From Octopus bimaculoides (taxonomy: Eukaryota), in NCBI RefSeq assembly GCF_001194135.2, contig NC_069001.1, positions 33,612,588-33,676,383 of the forward strand: 63,796 nucleotides of DNA, given 5' to 3'. Shown piece after piece: positions 25,727 to 36,666 of the stretch (within the stretch, counting starts at the first letter, position 1; every line of letters begins with the position of its first letter). The notes beneath the pieces were generated by a model. It was not told the origin of the DNA and searched no databases. It saw only the letters and a list, made by a program, of their open reading frames with translations. The translations under genes were made by a program, and so were the position numbers.

Positions 25727-25930
25727 AAGAAATATAAGGCCTGAAATTTGTGGGGAGGGGACAAGTCAATTACATTGACTCCAGTGTTCCACTGGTACTT
25801 ATGTTATCGATGGCAAAAAGATGAAAGGCAAAGTTGACCTTGGTGGCATTTGAACTAAGAATGTGAAGCCAGAAGAAATGCTGCAAAGCATTTTGTCCAG
25901 CATGGTAATGGTGCCACCAGCTCACTGCCT
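25727..25930 (-). mobile_element. SINE family A
   Basis: Family A body and head in minus orientation. Confidence 0.8.
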
Positions 25931-27063
25931 TGATTAATAATATTAGTGAGCTTAAGGTGCTGCACAGCTAACCTCATGGTTATGAGTTCAAACTTCAGGG
26001 CAACACAAACCTCTACTTGCCTCAGGTTTAAACTCAGCATTATTAAATCATATTAGAATGATTTAGCAGAAGGGTCTCTCCAAGTGTGAAGAACAACTGC
26101 TACCATTAAAAAAAAAATACTGTTGCAGCCATGCTACTATGCAAAGTTACTGTGAAACTGCAATATAGATGTATGTATGTTTGTGTTAATAATATTTTTA
26201 TGATTTAGAGATAGCTTACATCCATTCATTCACTGTCAAAAGAGGAAATCAAACTACACTGACATGCATACGAGTAATTGATAGGAAAAAATACAACTTG
26301 AGTAGTCATAAACAGCTAAAATCTCCATGACAAGTCATTTAGCATGAATTCAGTCCGCACCAAATTAGTCCAATAAAGTTGGAAGGAAGATATTTGCTGC
26401 ATGGTTGGGTCCACAAAAGATGATCAAATTGATAGTGTTGTTCTTGTGGACACTATTACTCCTCCTCAGAGATGCTGACCATTGTAAGTGCAATGGTTAA
26501 TAATGATGGAATTTCTTGTCCCAATTTCCAAGCCAGGTCAAAGAAGAAGATTAAAGTGAGATTTACTTCTTTGGCAAACAGATTATAATCAAAACTATCA
26601 AACACCAAAGATATCATTAAGGCAAATACCATATTCCAATGTTGAAATTCAAGTGATATGCAGTTAAGGCAGTTACAAAAAGTGAATGATCCCCAAAAGG
26701 TACTTGGAGACCTTCCTTAAATGGGGAAACCAAAAGTCCGGATCTTCAGAGCACTGAAAAAAAACAAGAAACAAGGTAAGTGGAATAGATGATATATGAC
26801 AAAGAATTTCATTGGTTTAATAACAGAAAAACTTTTGCAGATCCTTTGTTTCCAGACTCCCATGAAAATAAAAGTATTTACTTATATGTTTAATTTTCAG
26901 ATGAAAAAGTAAATATATTTTTGTTTACCAAAAATATGAGGCCAAAAGTAGAAAATAAAACTATTAAGGAATGAAGACATAGTGGGCAGTTGGGTGATAG
27001 CTAGTTACTACATCCAGTGAGGTACTGAAGTTAGGGCATACCTACATAATTCTACCCCCCACT

Positions 27064-27561
27064 GACTTTGTTCCTTCATAATTTTCAAAAAATATATATT
27101 TTGATGAAGTTTTCTACAAATACGCTTCAGGTATTGTAGATTCTGTTTATATGAAATTTATTGTAAGAAAATTGTTTTCTTCCCAGAGCAGGAAGGGAAG
27201 TTTCGGAAAATTCACACGAGTTGGTTTTGTTTCCTCATAACTTTCAGAAAAATGGGTTAAAATGGAAATGAAATTCTCTACAAATGCTTTTCGGAGTATG
27301 CAGATGACGATCATATTGGAAATCAATGTGAAACACGACGGGCGCGTACAGTCATACTAACACATCATAATTCTTTCAAAATTTCAAGATTCATTCTGTA
27401 AACATACTGAATGTGTGTCAGTGTGTATCAGTGGGGCCCATCACTTTTTTTTTTTTTTTTTTCATATTAAATTAATCGTAATCTACACCATCTGAAAAGC
27501 ACTTGTAGAAAATTTCATAAAAATATACCCATTTTTCTGAAAGTTATGAGGAAACAAAGTC
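27064..27561. mobile_element. Foldback/MITE-like element with ~80-bp diverged inverted arms
   Basis: 27064-27142 is the diverged reverse complement of 27480-27561; a third direct copy lies at about 27224-27305. Confidence 0.65.
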
Positions 27562-28658
27562 CGGGGGAAGGGGGAGGCACACTTGTGAAGGTATGCCGAT
27601 GTTAGATCAACCAAATACTTTTATTACAATCCTAATTAACGCGAGCAAAGAATAGCAGTAAACTAACCCAAGTATATTAAAAGTTGGCAGACGAGATCGA
27701 TCAACTGTGAATACACAAGACACATTGCATTCAACTTTGTCCTGGTTGTGGTTAGAACCACGAAGCCCATCGTATACCTTGCATTGTGTAGAAAGATAAT
27801 AATTGAGGTGTACCACACGTTTGTCACGAGAAATTATCATCGCAAACAGCTATATTTCCCAAGGAAAACTATTTCGTTACAAGTCATCAATCTCATGTGT
27901 TATTGCGCATATGACATGACGAACGTGAAAGTAACCCTGCTGTTATACACAGAGCATATTATTCAAAATCCGATTCAATTCGGTGACATTGGTCCCACTG
28001 TTGAAACTGATGAAAGAACTCAGTCGGACACTAATATTTGCCATTCCATGAAAACTCGTTAGAGTCCAGGAAGTTAGTTAAGGTGTTTTTTTTTTCTGGT
28101 TGCATTAGATGATAGAATAAACGCAACGCTGTTAGATGTAGCGTAACATTCCTTTAGTGTTGAAAGCGATCTCTGGACGCTATACAAAACCATCAATCTG
28201 ATTAGTTTTAAGTACCCGATGATCAATTATTCCCGTCTTTGATCTACTTCCTCGTGCAACTACAAACCGTAAATGCAGTGGAATTATGTCAAGAGAAATG
28301 AGATAGATGACATTTATCCTACATAATTAGAATCGATCTTTTAGTTTGGGGTGTTATACATTTTTAAATGATGAATTTAACAATATATTACAAGATATTG
28401 GATTAGTTTTACAGGTTGTACGAAAAATAAACCAAATAAAACTTTATTGTCGCCCTCAATAATATTTATACAGATTGACCTGACCATAACACGGTAAATG
28501 CACTTTCATCAGATCTTGGAAACGACAAAGCGCTCAAAAGTTGGACATTTATAATACTGATCGTAAAAGGATTTAAGTCCTACATCCATATCAGATTGAA
28601 AATGGTAAATTAAAAACCTAAACGGAAACAACGAAATGTACTTAGTTTCTCTATATAC

Positions 28659-28740
28659 GTTGCTGCAACAAGAGTCTGAACATAGATGACAAACAGTTGG
28701 TTGCTGCAACAAGAGTCTGAACATAGATGACAAACAGTTG
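28659..28740. repeat. Perfect 41-bp tandem duplication
   Basis: gttgctgcaacaagagtctgaacatagatgacaaacagttg twice. Confidence 0.95.
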
Positions 28741-30854
28741 GTGATGGTTGCTAAAAAAAAAAAAAAAAAATGACGTGGGACGTGTGATATTTCGTTCTCT
28801 TCACGAACATATGTGAAGAACTAAATTTAGCAACCGATAACATGTTGGGAGAATCTTATTCTTTGTAAAAATGAATTCTATATATTCATTTGAAAAATTT
28901 TAGTATGTGAAATTTCCAATACGTTTAATAGTGACTGTTTTATAACCTTATGAAAATTATTTAAAAAAATAATAATGCACATAATTGTTGCAGCAGCATA
29001 AATCAGAAATTAACTACATTTTACCATCTTCATTCCCGCTCTCATGTTTTCATTTTCTGTCTTTAAAGTTTCACTTTTTATCCAATCTGACACAAAAATA
29101 TGATGTAACCATGGTCCGTGTGCGATTCTGTCTCGTCTTTAACTTGGATCACAAGAAGGAAATGACGGAGAATGCAAAGCAAAGTGGACTCGAATGAGAT
29201 TTGAACTCATAACCTAACTGAATACAGCAAAAAGTTTGTCCTAGAATCTTTATAAGTTACCATCAACTGGCCAAATAATTAGAGGGGGAAAAAGCAACAG
29301 AAGATTAAACCATAGTTATGAAATTAAAGGAGTGAAATAATTAAATAACTTTAAAGTTGTCAACAACATCTGTTAATGTTGACAACTCAGCAGGAACATG
29401 TCCGGCCGGGATATTTGTAACAAAACTACCGAAATATTGATGTTATTAAACACAGACTCAACAATGAAGATAATATAAATAATACCGAATAACAATATTG
29501 AAATATTTGAAAGAAGAAATACGTTCCCATTACTTACTGGGAAGTAAATACTGTTGGCCTAAAACAAGGTTAACCTTTTCACATGGCGCATCAAAGAGCG
29601 GTGTTACTTATAAAATAGTTCACCTGGAAAATATGTCTGTGTTAGTGTAAAACGTTTTTTCGTTATGCGATACGTTTTATAATTGCTGGTCAATAGTTTT
29701 ACTTGTCTTTTCGCTCTTTTCCTCTATAATGTAAGACTTGCAGACAGCGCGTCGTCTAATGAAATTAATAAAGTTATGTACGTAAGAAGGGGCCGGCATA
29801 TTGGTTGTTTGTGAATGATGTGATTGATATAGCATTCGAAAAAGAAATCAATGAAAAAAACGAAGTCATCGATAGTTTTTTATTTCCAATGTGATATTGT
29901 TTAATAAAATGATCCAGACCTGTTTGTTGGAAAGTCAAAGGACGTGATGATGCACAAGAGACAGAGAAACAGTTTTACAGAAGAACCGAAGAAAGTGGAA
30001 ACTTCACAAGTGTGAAGTTTCACCTCACTGATGAAGCAAAAATTGTGAAGAGAAGAAAAGAGGAAAGCAGCGTAGTTTGGTGTATATATGTGTGAAGGAA
30101 TTCTCCCCGGGTGGGGCGATTTTATGAAGATAGGATCTGTGTGTGTGGTGGGGAGACCCGGGTGATTGAGACGACAAATTCAAGGACTATCCAGGGTGCA
30201 CACATCGTATCAACGCCACTGTGAGAAGTGAAACAATTTTTTTTGTTTGAGTTAAAATATTGGCTCCGATAAAAGCTTGTTAACGAACTTGTTGCTTTAC
30301 CTCAGGCCTATCATATCTGTTCACGTGGGGTATCAAAAAGGACTTTAGCACTACATACTGATAATCCGTGCTACGTTACTGAAAACTATATGATCGACTG
30401 TGGCATCCATTTATAGGAAATTAAGAGATTTCTCATTAGGACGATAGCGATGATGAATTCTAAGAAAATTTTCCTTTTATATTGTATATAACAACAGAAA
30501 ATGGACTTCTGAAAGATAGAATTATCTACAGTCAATCGTCGTCACTATGTTCATAGCTTTGGAATGATTTGATAATCATCCCCCCATATTGGTCGGATTT
30601 TCGCTTTGGTTCACCATTTATTTTGACCAATTCCTTTCCATTTCAAGTACCTTTTCCCAGTATCTTTGTATCTCAGTCTAGGTCTTCCATGTTTTTTTCA
30701 ATTCCATTGTTGGGAGTCAAGGAATTGTCTGAGGAGTCTGTTGTTGTCCATCTTGTGTACGTAGCCCAACCAACATAAATTTCTATCAATGAGGATTTTC
30801 GTCATTAGAGGCAGGCCAGCACGCCGTATGATCTCTTCGTTCTTGATCTTGTCA

Positions 30855-31098
30855 AAAACACTGGGAAAAACACAACAGGGATGCTACCACAACGAGATAA
30901 ACATGTTAACTGAGCGAGCGGAGGTTGCGCATGTTGGGAGAACGTGCGAGCTCAGCGCCGAATTTGCGGTCGCTTGTATGAAACTTGTTCGTTCTGCAGA
31001 TTTCTGCTCGCATTTCAAGACAAAAGTTCGCACAAGTCTCGGCTCGTACAGCAAATTACTCATACAATGGTGCACTCGTAGTGCGAGGTTCTACTGTA
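30855..31098. mobile_element. pogo/Tigger-like DNA transposon end inserted in the RTE remnant
   Basis: Ends ...CGAGGTTCTACTG|TA (reverse complement TA|CAGTAGAACCTCG), typical of a pogo-type TIR with TA TSD; the other end is not seen. Confidence 0.5.
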
Positions 31099-31740
31099 AT
31101 TGCTTTTCCATAAATTTTAAACGTATAAATCTATATTAAGAAAATAGATTTTATTCAAAACCAGTTTTTAAATTAGACAACCTTTATTCTACTTCTTCTG
31201 TAAATAGTGTATATTTCAATAAGCTTCTTGTGCCATTTTTACCTATTTTTTCACTTGTGCCATTTTGACCGTTCACCTCTGGATGTAAATTTCCACTCCA
31301 ACTTCCTCGAACGCAACTTCCATAACAGCGAGAGANNNNNNNNNNGGGGGGGGGGGCAGTGCTGGATTAAATACGCGCCCTTGTTTAATTCCATCTGTCA
31401 TCGCAAACTCGCTTGAGATATTACTATCTTGTACTACAAATGCCTGAATTCCTTTGTGCAGGGATCTGATCAAATTGACGAACCTTCGAAAACATCTGTT
31501 TCTTAAGAACCACCCAAAGTCCATCACAGAAAAGAAGTGGGTAAATTGGTGGAATGCGATGATGGAACAGAAGGAAAAGGCGAAGTCGGAAGGAAAGATA
31601 ATCGGAAAGGCAGAATTTAAAAATATTAGAACAATACTTTTTTCTACAGAAAGAGTTTAGAAGCGGAAAAAGCGATAGCCAAAATAAAAGGATTAGTAAG
31701 GCTGAAATTAGAACCCGGAACGTTTGAAGAAGAAACGGTA

Positions 31741-32799
31741 GAGATGGACTATATGTAATCTGAACTTTTCTCCCCCTTATTTATTAATTTTTTTTTTACG
31801 GAATCCCACGTTTTAGGCTATGGAGATTCCGATTCTGANNNNNNNNNNNNNNNNNNNNNNNNNNNNNNNNNNNNNNNNNNNNNNNNNNNNNNNNNNNNNN
31901 NNNNNNNNNNNNNNNNNNNNNNNNNNNNNNNNNNNNNNNNNNNNNNNNNNNNNNNNNNNNNNNNNNNNNNNNNNNNNNNNNNNNNNNNNNNNNNNNNNNN
32001 NNNNNNNNNNNNNNNNNNNNNNNNNNNNNNNNNNNNNNNNNNNNNNNNNNNNNNNNNNNNNNNNNNNNNNNNNNNNNNNNNNNNNNNNNNNNNNNNNNNN
32101 NNNNNNNNNNNNNNNNNNNNNNNNNNNNNNNNNNNNNNNNNNNNNNNNNNNNNNNNNNNNNNNNNNNNNNNNNNNNNNNNNNNNNNNNNNNNNNNNNNNN
32201 NNNNNNNNNNNNNNNNNNNNNNNNNNNNNNNNNNNNNNNNNNNNNNNNNNNNNNNNNNNNNNNNNNNNNNNNNNNNNNNNNNNNNNNNNNNNNNNNNNNN
32301 NNNNNNNNNNNNNNNNNNNNNNNNNNNNNNNNNNNNNNNNNNNNNNNNNNNNNNNNNNNNNNNNNNNNNNNNNNNNNNNNNNNNNNNNNNNNNNNNNNNN
32401 NNNNNNNNNNNNNNNNNNNNNNNNNNNNNNNNNNNNNNNNNNNNNNNNNNNNNNNNNNNNNNNNNNNNNNNNNNNNNNNNNNNNNNNNNNNNNNNNNNNN
32501 NNNNNNNNNNNNNNNNNNNNNNNNNNNNNNNNNNNNNNNNNNNNNNNNNNNNNNNNNNNNNNNNNNNNNNNNNNNNNNNNNNNNNNNNNNNNNNNNNNNN
32601 NNNNNNNNNNNNNNNNNNNNNNNNNNNNNNNNNNNNNNNNNNNNNNNNNNNNNNNNNNNNNNNNNNNNNNNNTTGAAATTGAGATTTTTGAAAAATCTTT
32701 TCCAGAATCGGATAATCCATGGTCTGAAACATAGGATTCCGTGAAAAAAAAACAAAATTTAAAAGTGGGGGTATACCCAGATTACATATACTCCATCTC
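31741..32799. mobile_element. Inverted-repeat element flanking an N gap
   Basis: 31741-31838 and about 32702-32799 are ~100-bp diverged reverse complements (gagatggactatatgtaatctg... and ...cagattacatatactccatctc). Confidence 0.7.
31839..32672. other. Assembly gap (N run); other gaps at 24951-24967, 31336-31346, 43960-44065 and 61165-61264
   Basis: N characters. Confidence 1.
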
Positions 32800-33504
32800 C
32801 ACCCGTGAAAGAACCATAAACGATAACAAACTGTATAAGAAAACTGTTAAATGAAACTGCGAGCTTTGGGGGACTCGTAAGCCATTCCGTCATCATATTG
32901 TAAGTTACTCATTTCATTTCATCATTCGCTTTATGTACCCCACGTTTTGTATTGTATTATCTGTCTTTGTAATGTCCCCCTCTTTATAATGAGGCCTTAG
33001 TGCCTATAAGAAAGGTTTCACAGATACTGTGAAGTCTGTGAACACATTGCATACATAGGCATGTTCTGCTTAACACATTTTTTCTGAACTTGACGAAGAC
33101 AGATCGTGTCCACATTGATTATACCACACTGAGTCCCAGGCAAGACATTTGGACTGGTATACACATTTCGTCTGTTTAACAGGATACTAGTCAAGGTCTT
33201 TCCAGCTATTGATCTTAATTCAGCAATAATTTCACAACTCATTATTTGAGGATATAAATTAAAATAAGACAGAAATGAAAAATAGTAAATATAACTGGTC
33301 TTAAGTTTACAAACTTAATCAAGACAAAGTTTGCGTGAGTTTGTAAAAATGTGACTTTTTTCCGAACCAAAATTGTGACTTTATTACTGTGACTTTTTTT
33401 TACCATTTTTTCCCCCTTCTCCGATGGACATCTAATCGTCACAAGAGGTTTGACCATCGATTGATCACCGGAAGAATGTAGTCGCCGAGACTCTGACAGA
33501 ACAC

Positions 33505-33728
33505 ATTATAACAATCCTTTCTGTTAAAGGAACAAAGCCTGAAAGTTTGGGGAGGGAACGAGTCGGTTACATTGACTCCAGGACATAACTGGTGCTTATT
33601 TTATCGGTTCCAAAAGGGTGAAAGGTAAGTCCACGAAGGAAATATTTGAAGTTAAAACGTAAAGTCGGAAAAAATGCTGCTAAGTATTTTGTTCGGCATG
33701 CTAACAGCTTTGCCAGCTCGCTGCCTTT
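33505..33728 (-). mobile_element. SINE family A
   Basis: Diverged family A copy just upstream of the putative FAN1 5' exon. Confidence 0.75.
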
Positions 33729-34510
33729 TGCCGATGTGCAATAGTAATCACAAAAGTTTTTAATCAGGGTAGATTCGAAAGTGTGGCTAGCTTACAAGTG
33801 ACTGTTCCACTGTCATATTTTCTTTGGACCAAAACCGCGAAATTGTAAGTTTTTCACTCGAGATATTTACTTTTATTTTAGTCTTTCTTCAATTCAGTTT
33901 ATTGGTTTCTTTAGCATTTATTTTATGTTTTCATTACTGGGTATTTATTTACTAGTTGTAATATCTTCTGTCATTGTTTTTCTCGTATTTAATTTCTAAA
34001 TGTTAGTATTGACACTTCTTTTTTCTTCTAGTCCGTTGTCAGTTCTTAACTGAGCGCGAGTAAAATCATCAATTTTCCGGCTGTGACCATCTCGTCTGAA
34101 TTTTTTCACCAGAGACAGTTGTCTAGAAGCCACATTTTCTAATATGTTGTTCGTTGAGAAGATTAAGTAGCTATTTTTAGCAGAATGTGGCTACATCGCC
34201 GTCACATGCGAGTGTTAGTCGGTTGTATAACCCCAGGTCGGCTATCTTCAACAAAACATGACATTTTTATCGCACGAACTGAAGAATAAAAGTAAACAAA
34301 ATTGTAGCGGAGGTATAGAGGCAATAAGTTTCATCATCATCTATATATAAACTTAACAAATATAAGACTTATCTTGTTATAAATTTGACTCTAGTCAAAT
34401 GTCTCGCCTTCCATATATGTATGTTGTTTACGCCCTGATAATGCAGTTCTTTAATCAGAGGCATTCCGGACGTGACTACCTTATCCTTTTAGATGTATGT
34501 AGGACAATAT

Positions 34511-34580
34511 GGTACTACTAAAGCAGCGCGGACCCGAACGTGCAGTCGCGCGTCCGGGTCCGCACTGCTTTAGTAGTACC
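34511..34580. mobile_element. 70-bp hairpin mini-transposon with perfect 9-bp TSD
   Basis: 26-bp TIR with one mismatch (GGTACTACTAAAGCAGCGCGGACCCG); flanked by GGACAATAT at 34502-34510 and 34581-34589. Confidence 0.85.
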
Positions 34581-36455
34581 GGACAATATTTTCTTGTGTC
34601 TCCTTTAATTATTTAAGATGTTAGGTTGTTATTTGAGAGAGATTTTGCTACTCTTCCCAACAGGTCGAGCCTCTATGTAGAGGCTCTTCGTTGATTTGAC
34701 CCTGTCTATTTTATATCCTTCAGGTTAGGTTCTGTCCTGACCAAACAGGTCCTCTTATTTTCGGGAATAGTGTACCCAGACTGTATTATCCCACTTGTCC
34801 TTTAATCTTAATAATATTGTGTTATTTGAAGGGTTTAGCTGCTATTTCTAGCAGATGGAGCAACCACGCTACTTCGTTAGCCCCTCTCCTGCTCTTGTCT
34901 GTCTAATTCAAGATAGTCATTGTCTTTTCAACTCCACACTGCAGCTTATTTGTTATCGCTTAGCCCCAAATAGTGTCGGATTGAACTAGGTTAAGAACGA
35001 CTTCGCAAAAGTAGTTCTTATCCAATAGACCTATGAAACAAGATATTCCGTCCATGACAAACCCATCGGTTTTGTCCTTTTTTTTAAGGCTATAGGGTAT
35101 GATTTAACTGTTATTTTTAGTACGCCAACCGTGTAAACGCTTCATCATTGGCTGATCTATCTAATTTATAAAAATGGTTGTAGGAAATTATTCTGGCACT
35201 TCTCCTGCACAGTGTTCATATGTTTAACCTTTTCCCTTCTTGTGGCACACAGGACATATTTCCCTGGCGTCCTTATCGTAGAAATGATTACCCATTCCCA
35301 TTTTTATTCAACTAGCAGAGTATCTTGGGACTTATGAAAAGAAAGCTTTTTTTGGGGCAGGCAAAGGATTAATGTTGTGAACCAAGATAATTTAGTTAAT
35401 TATAATTTTGCCCATACTGAGGAGAAAACCACCACCATTAACTTAATAATTAATTCTGGTCAATAATTATAATCCTAGTCTTATTTAGGAGCGAATAATT
35501 ATCATGACAGCTTCAATTGTAATCAGTGGCAGTGTGGTATAAATGTGTTTTAAATGGATTAGTGAAAGGAGGGAGAAAAACATCACTGACTTCTCTCAGA
35601 CCATTGAGATTATCAGGGAAGAAGAAGCTATCCTCAGATCAGAGACCTGGAGTGAATATTTGCAAGAGGGGACTCTATTAAAGGCATTCAAGAGCTAGGT
35701 GGGTGTGTTAAACCAGGTAATGGATGAAGTCTATCATCCAGGAAGAGGCATGGACCTTCCAGTGGATCTTCACACTGTTTTGATTTTATTCTCAAAACTG
35801 GTTGACTCATTGCTCATGGTAGAAGACATTTGCCCATGGTGCCAGTGTTGCAAAGCAAACTTCTGAGCAGCACTGCTATACGTAACTTGATCGCTCTCCC
35901 CCACCTTTTCTCTCTCTATTAGCATAGTTTGGAAGGGAAAAATGATAGACTTATAACACAGAGCAAAACTGGAAGTTCCTACGAGACTACTGCATACTGA
36001 TGGTTATGAACAAAGTTCCTGCAAGACTATACATACATACATACATTGTACAGGCCTTGACTGTGTGCTTAAGAAGTTCCCTTCTCAACCACATGGTTGT
36101 CAGTTTAGTCCTACTGTGTCTTGTTTGTGAGTGGATTTACAAGACAGAAACTGAAAGAAGCTTATCGTGTGTGTATGTGTCTGCCCTTGTCTTGGTATTG
36201 TGTGATAGTTTTAAATGAATGTCATACAAGCGATATCCTTCATTTCCAATCTTCTCTTAAAACATGTTCAGTAATGGGGAAACATTACTTTACTTGGAAA
36301 CAGGTGAAGTTTGGTGACAGGAAAGGCATCCAGTTGTAAAATCTGCTTCAAAAAATTCTAATCAACTCTTATGAGCAAAGAAAAGTGGATGTTAAATGAT
36401 GATGATGATACACACATATACACAATGTTATTTTGAATTCTTAAATTTCAGAAGA

Positions 36456-36666
36456 ATGGCTCGTAAAAGCCATAAACTCCCAGCAAAGGAAAGTTCTTCA
36501 AAAATGAGAAAACAGTGCAAAATTGAGCACTTTTTTAAGAAATCCCCTGAAAATCACTCTGGAGACAGAAAAGATGTCAATAGTGTTGAAGTTAAAAAGA
36601 CTTGTAGCTCAGAATCTCCTGTGAATGTCCATAAAAGAAAACGAAATCCATCAAATGATTCAGAAG
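36456..36666 (+). CDS. FAN1: FAN1 first coding exon (acceptor at 36451 implies an upstream 5' exon)
   Basis: tttcag|AAGA ATG; MARKSH...QCKIEHFF...SNDSE; donor gtaatg; phase 1 matches exon 2. Confidence 0.75.

Larger units (their letters stand above)
30560..33245 (-). mobile_element. Fragmented RTE-clade LINE ORF (RT and C-terminus), interrupted by later insertions and gaps
   Basis: Three colinear minus-strand pieces: SIAGKTLTSILLNR...NVLPGTQCG...RQVQKKC (33000-33245), FVNLIRSLHKG...GIKQGRV (31270-31510) and DKIKNEEIIRRAGLP...GRPRLRYKD (30570-30850). Confidence 0.85.
33300..35300 (+). promoter_or_regulatory. Probable FAN1 promoter/first-exon region (CpG-retaining)
   Basis: CpG is visibly frequent here and rare inside FAN1 introns. 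Candidate 5'-exon donor AATT|GTAAGT at 33844/33845. The first coding exon starts with a splice acceptor. Confidence 0.4.

Noticed and set aside
27607-27840. Minus ORF with CNVSCVFTVDRS, faintly like fucosyltransferase N-termini
   Set aside because: Stops in all flanking frames, no downstream conserved motifs, no convincing exon chain.
31796-32755. 300-aa ORFs; similar ones at 43819-44172 and 61045-61443
   Set aside because: They are open only because of N runs.
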